Positions 59,572 to 64,000 of a stretch of DNA of 64,000 bases are shown here, piece after piece; within the stretch, counting starts at the first letter, position 1; the number at the start of each line of letters is the position of its first letter. This stretch comes from Candidatus Bathyarchaeota archaeon (lineage in GTDB: Archaea > Thermoproteota > Bathyarchaeia > Bathyarchaeales > Bathycorpusculaceae). The stretch is from positions 1,632,001-1,696,000 of the forward strand of contig OY970176.1 of NCBI GenBank assembly GCA_963707955.1, read 5' to 3'. A model generated the notes under the pieces. The model saw only the letters and a list, made by a program, of their open reading frames with translations. It had not been told where the DNA came from and ran no database searches. A program made the translations under genes and the position numbers.

Positions 59572-61551
59572 TCACCCTCCTCCTTCAGCGCATGTCTCCG
59601 CTAGTGCCGCTTGAACTTGAGTCACGACCTGCTTGTTACCATATTGCTGGATTTTGACAGCACCCGTCGGGCATGCTGAACTGCACAGACCGCAACCCTG
59701 GCACACAGCCTCAACGACTTCAGCAGTTAGCTTTTCTTCACCCTTCACGAACTCAGACTTCATCTCTATAGCGACAAAAGGACAGATCGACTCACAGATC
59801 CTGCATCCACTGCACAGGTCCTTGTCAACCACAGCTTTCAACGGTTCAATATCGATCTCACCGCTCAAAAGCAAGTCTATCACCTTTGCCGCGGCTCCAC
59901 TTGCCTGCGCTACCGTATCAGGAATGTCCTTGGGTCCTTGACACACGCCTGCGAGAAACACGCCCGCCATAGCACTCTCAAGCGGTCGCAGCTTCGGATG
60001 TGCTTCCAAGAGGAAACCGTCTGCACTTCTAGACGCATGCAACAACGCACTGATTTTCCCGACGTCGCCACTAGGTACGAGGCCCGTTCCAAGCACGACC
60101 ATGCCTGCGTGAACTTCTAGGAGCTTGTTTGTTCCCCTGTCATAAACGTCGAAGTAGAGTGAACCGTCCGCTGCGCAATGGATTTCAGAGGGTAAGCCCG
60201 CCACGAAATCTATGTCCATGCCCCTTGCACGTCCATAGAATTCCTCGTAGCCCTTGCCGAACGCTCGAAGGTCAATGAAACACGTGTATATCTTCAAGTC
60301 GCCCGGGATCTTCTCGCGGGCCAAGATTGCCTGCTTGAGCGTTACCATGCATCCCACGCGGCAGCAGTACTCATGGAAGCGCTTGTCTCGAGAACCCACG
60401 CACTGTATGAACGCTATGCTTCTGGGTATCTTCCCGTCCGAAAGTCTTGTCAGATGTCCTCCTGTCGGGCCAGATGCGCACAAAAGCCGTTCAAGTTCCA
60501 TGGCTGTTATGACGTTCTTAAATCGCTTGTATCCGTACTGCGGAATCGCCGAGGGGTCGAAAACGTCGAAGCCGGTCGAAACGACGATTGCTCCAACGTT
60601 GAGCTCGATCTCTTCTGGCTTCTGCGCCCTGTTCACTGCATCAGTCGGACAAACCTTCTCGCAGAGACCGCATTCAACGCAACTTTCCTTGTCTATTACT
60701 GGCACTCTGGGAACCGCTTGCATGAAGGGCACGTAGATAGCCTTTCTCACTCCCATGCACTCATCAAACTCGCTCTGCGCTTCTGCGGGACAGTTCTCCG
60801 AACAGATCAGGCATCCCGTACACTTTTTCTCGTCAACGTACCTTGGCTTTTTAAGAACCGTCACCTTGAAATTGCCGACCGAACCCTTTACCCCTTTGAC
60901 TTCCGAGTATGTGAGCAGTTGAACGTTGGGGTGATGCGCACAGTCTAGCATTTTCGGCGCAAGAATGCACATTGAACAGTCCATCGTGGGAAAAGTCTTG
61001 TCCAGCTGGGCCATCTTGCCGCCTATGCTGGGGGATTTCTCGACTAGGTAAACTTTGAAGCCTGCATTGGCCAGGTCAAGCGAGGCTTGTATGCCCGCTA
61101 TGCCGCCTCCCACGACCAAGACGCCCTTTTCAACGCGTATCTTATGTTTCTCTAATGGCTCGAGAAGCTTGGCGCGCGCCACACCCATCCTAACAAGCGC
61201 TTCAGCTTTTTCTGTTGCCTTCTCAGGTTCATGAGTGTGTGCCCAGGAGACTTGTTCTCGCAAGTTGACTATCTCAGTAAGGTATGGGTTGAGCCCAGCT
61301 TCTGCAACTGCTCTGCGGAACGTTTCTTCGTGCATGCGAGGCGAGCATGTTGCAATTACTATTCTGTCAAGTTTGTGGTCTTCAATATCATCCTGAATAA
61401 GTTGTTGGCCAGGTTCGGAGCACATGTAAGCGTAATGCTTAGCTATCACAACATCTGGCAATGTTTTGGCGTATTCCACCACTTTTTCCACATCAACGAC
61501 ACCAGCGATGTTTGAGCCGCAGTGGCAGACGTACACGCCTATCCTTGCCAT
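59572..61551 (-). CDS. hdrA: Heterodisulfide reductase subunit A
   Basis: RIGVYVCHCG, GGGIAG, LDKTFPTMDC, QCVGSRD, ferredoxin motifs, GPKDIP. Confidence 0.96.
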   Translation of the reverse strand: MARIGVYVCHCGSNIAGVVDVEKVVEYAKTLPDVVIAKHYAYMCSEPGQQLIQDDIEDHKLDRIVIATCSPRMHEETFRRAVAEAGLNPYLTEIVNLREQVSWAHTHEPEKATEKAEALVRMGVARAKLLEPLEKHKIRVEKGVLVVGGGIAGIQASLDLANAGFKVYLVEKSPSIGGKMAQLDKTFPTMDCSMCILAPKMLDCAHHPNVQLLTYSEVKGVKGSVGNFKVTVLKKPRYVDEKKCTGCLICSENCPAEAQSEFDECMGVRKAIYVPFMQAVPRVPVIDKESCVECGLCEKVCPTDAVNRAQKPEEIELNVGAIVVSTGFDVFDPSAIPQYGYKRFKNVITAMELERLLCASGPTGGHLTRLSDGKIPRSIAFIQCVGSRDKRFHEYCCRVGCMVTLKQAILAREKIPGDLKIYTCFIDLRAFGKGYEEFYGRARGMDIDFVAGLPSEIHCAADGSLYFDVYDRGTNKLLEVHAGMVVLGTGLVPSGDVGKISALLHASRSADGFLLEAHPKLRPLESAMAGVFLAGVCQGPKDIPDTVAQASGAAAKVIDLLLSGEIDIEPLKAVVDKDLCSGCRICESICPFVAIEMKSEFVKGEEKLTAEVVEAVCQGCGLCSSACPTGAVKIQQYGNKQVVTQVQAALAETCAEGGG

Positions 61552-61712
61552 CAGTTAGCCATCCATAACGTTGCTCCTGTTTAATTGCCCTTGATGCTCT
61601 CTATTATCTTTTCTGCCGAAAGCATGGTGATTTCAATGTTGGAAAAAAGCGACGTGAAATAGGCTGTTCAAAACGCAGTTCTTCTTAGAACGCGATAATT
61701 GCTTTTGGCCGC

Positions 61713-62216
61713 CTAGTACACTGAGACCTTGGCCACTCCTTTCACATTCAGTAACTCGGGAATGAGTTCTCCTGGAATCTTCTTTTCAACGATCAGTGAC
61801 AGTTTGGGTTCGGGTGAAAGCTCGGGGTCGTCCACGATTGCCTGTCTTATGCTCAAACCATTCTTCGCCAAAATCATTGCGGAGCTAGCTAATATTCCCG
61901 GGATCTTCGCATCGACAGGCGTTATTTCGACCACTCCCAAGTTCAAATGCTTAGCAATCTCCTTGAGTGAAAGCCCAGAAGATCTTATGCCCTCAAATAT
62001 CAACCTAAGTTCACGGTCAGATTTGATTGCGTTCAATGTCTCTTTGACAGTTCTCCTATCCACCCCTGCAGCCCGGGCCACACGTACTGGCGGAATCTCG
62101 ATCTCGTTAAGGTAAATCTTTCCACCCCTTGCACTAAGTCCGTTTTCTATGAGAACGCGGGTTACCCTGAGCCTCTCAGGATTCCCCTCGAAATATTTCT
62201 TCACGTTATTCCACAT
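61713..62216 (-). CDS. ACT-domain regulator of amino-acid metabolism (COG2150-like)
   Basis: ARAAGVDRRTV HTH, PGILA, SIRQAIVDDPEL. Confidence 0.85.
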   Translation of the reverse strand: MWNNVKKYFEGNPERLRVTRVLIENGLSARGGKIYLNEIEIPPVRVARAAGVDRRTVKETLNAIKSDRELRLIFEGIRSSGLSLKEIAKHLNLGVVEITPVDAKIPGILASSAMILAKNGLSIRQAIVDDPELSPEPKLSLIVEKKIPGELIPELLNVKGVAKVSVY

Positions 62217-62326
62217 GGCAGCTGGCTCCGTGTACATTTTTGTGCAACAAAGTATAAATATGTTCTTGTCATATTGAGTCTGTTAAAGAGCATCAACGCA
62301 TAGAAATGTTCATTGGAGAACCTAAA

Positions 62327-63691
62327 ATGACACAACAGTCGCACAAAAACGAGGAATACGTGACAAACTTGGACCCAGACGAGATACCCACATCTTGGTA
62401 CAACATACAAGCCGATCTGCCAGAACCTCTGGCACCTCCGTTGGATCCGACAACGTTAAAGCCGATAGGTCCAGGAATGCTTGAAAGGATATTTGCGAAA
62501 GAACTTGTCAAGCAAGAGGTTTCAGCGGAACGCTTCATCACGATACCGAATGAGGTGCTTGACGCTTATCTCGGGCTTCCGCGTCCAACGCCGCTTTATC
62601 GTGCACGCAGGCTTGAGAGGTTCTTGAAGACGCCTGCGCAGATATACTTCAAGTGTGAAAACTTCAGTCCCACGGGGAGCCACAAGACCAACACGGCCAT
62701 CGCGCAAGCCTACTACAACAAGAAACAAGGGGTCGGAAGACTTGCGACTGAGACAGGTGCAGGGCAGTGGGGAACAGCCTTGGCCTTGGCAACTAGGCTT
62801 TTTGGGTTGAAATGCCGAATATACATGGTTCGAGTGAGCTATGAACAGAAGCCCGGCAGGAGAACGATGGCGCAACTGTACGGAGCTGAGATGTTCCCAT
62901 CGCCAAGCGACCAGACAAGCTTCGGCAGGAAACTGCTTAAAGAGAATCCGAACTTTCCTGGGACACTCGGCATAGCAATCACTGAAGCCATAGAAGACAC
63001 TCTCGCTCATGACGATACCAGATATTCGCTTGGCTCAGTGTTGAACCATGTTTTGATGCACCAAACCATCGTAGGATTGGAGGCCAAAAAACAGTTTGAA
63101 CTCTTAGACATAAGCCCCAACGTGGTCTGCGGTTGCATAGGCGGCGGTTCCAACTATGGTGGTTTCTGCTTCCCGTTCATGATGGACAAGCTCAGAGGAA
63201 AGACAAGCACGGAGTTTGTTGCATGTGAATCGAAGGCAGTTCCGCACACGACAAGAGGCGTTTACACTTATGACTATGGTGACACTGGCAAGATGACTCC
63301 GCTTATCAAAATGCTGACGATTGGACACGATTATGCGTGCCCCCCAGTACATGCGGGTGGTTTGAGATATCACGGGATGGCGCCGTTGATATCGTACTTG
63401 ATCCACAAAGGGTATGCGAGATCAGTTGCATACGGTCAAGGGGAGGTTTTCGAGGCCGCGAAGCTGCTGGCTCAAACAGAAGGCATGATAACGGCTCCTG
63501 AAACGGCTCACTGCCTGAAATTTGTCGTAGACGAGGCTCTGAGATGCAAGAGGACTGGTGAAAAGAGAATAATCGCAATGAATTACAGTGGGCACGGCTT
63601 GCTTGATCTGTCAGCGTATGAGCAGTTTCTTGCCGGAAAGCTCGTAGAGTACGAGCCTGAGAAAATTGAAGTTCCAACGTTCAGCCATTAG
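62327..63691 (+). CDS. trpB2: TrpB2-type tryptophan synthase beta-like PLP enzyme (paralog 2)
   Basis: PTSWYNI, SPTGSHKTNTA, TETGAGQWG, HAGGLRYHGM, SGHGLLDL. Confidence 0.93.
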   Translation: MTQQSHKNEEYVTNLDPDEIPTSWYNIQADLPEPLAPPLDPTTLKPIGPGMLERIFAKELVKQEVSAERFITIPNEVLDAYLGLPRPTPLYRARRLERFLKTPAQIYFKCENFSPTGSHKTNTAIAQAYYNKKQGVGRLATETGAGQWGTALALATRLFGLKCRIYMVRVSYEQKPGRRTMAQLYGAEMFPSPSDQTSFGRKLLKENPNFPGTLGIAITEAIEDTLAHDDTRYSLGSVLNHVLMHQTIVGLEAKKQFELLDISPNVVCGCIGGGSNYGGFCFPFMMDKLRGKTSTEFVACESKAVPHTTRGVYTYDYGDTGKMTPLIKMLTIGHDYACPPVHAGGLRYHGMAPLISYLIHKGYARSVAYGQGEVFEAAKLLAQTEGMITAPETAHCLKFVVDEALRCKRTGEKRIIAMNYSGHGLLDLSAYEQFLAGKLVEYEPEKIEVPTFSH

Positions 63692-63705
63692 GAGATTGGA
63701 AACCA

Positions 63706-64000
63706 TTGACGTCAACTACCTTGAGAACTGAAAATTCAAGATTCAATAGAGTGGCCTTGTTGCAAGTTGACGAGCTCAGACCACATGAAAAGGGTTCTCC
63801 AGTCTACTTGGAGCTTCTCAGACGCGAAATACTCAGGGATGGTATGCTCAGGTATCCGATAGTAGCTGACGAAAAGACCCGCGTCATCCTGGACGGCATG
63901 CATCGTTGGCTGGCGCTGAAGAGCATTGGCTACAAGTCAATACCAGTCTTGCTAGTTGACGTTTTCCAAAGACCAGCGATTCGCGTTGGAAGAAAAAGGA
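63706..64000 (+). CDS. ParB/Srx-fold protein (SerK/SbnI-like), runs off the window
   Basis: Manual translation: VDELRPHE...ILRDGMLRYPIVAD...ILDGMHRWLALK. Confidence 0.8.
   Translation, partial: MTSTTLRTENSRFNRVALLQVDELRPHEKGSPVYLELLRREILRDGMLRYPIVADEKTRVILDGMHRWLALKSIGYKSIPVLLVDVFQRPAIRVGRKR

Overview
Archaeal chromosomal window, most consistent with Bathyarchaeia (TACK). The evidence is S26e, L35Ae, arcadin-1, Alba, TFB, thermosome, a PEF-type sorting signal, HdrABC and frequent TTG starts. Core blocks (about 1-28 kb, 33.9-38.9 kb, 55-64 kb) alternate with accessory blocks (about 28.4-33.8 kb, 39-55 kb) made of small genes, gene fragments and one IS. No rRNA, complete tRNA or CRISPR array was seen. 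Main findings: (1) the pcm (PIMT) gene is interrupted by a 31-nt insert that folds into a bulge-helix-bulge, and predicted endonuclease cleavage restores the conserved SAPHMV frame exactly, giving a candidate archaeal mRNA intron outside cbf5. (2) The palindrome GCGCGCGC occurs at about 26 loci (counted by eye), almost all in accessory DNA, where it brackets single genes, marks truncation junctions and abuts IS ends. (3) Two operon-internal genes (rpoK and an oxidoreductase gamma subunit) appear to start at ACG. (4) Three +1 frameshifts all fall inside AGCT, suggesting modification-linked sequencing error. (5) There is a trpB2 plus SerK-like ParB-domain pair and an hdrACB-acyl-CoA dehydrogenase / etf cluster. 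All calls come from reading the sequence; no database searches were run.
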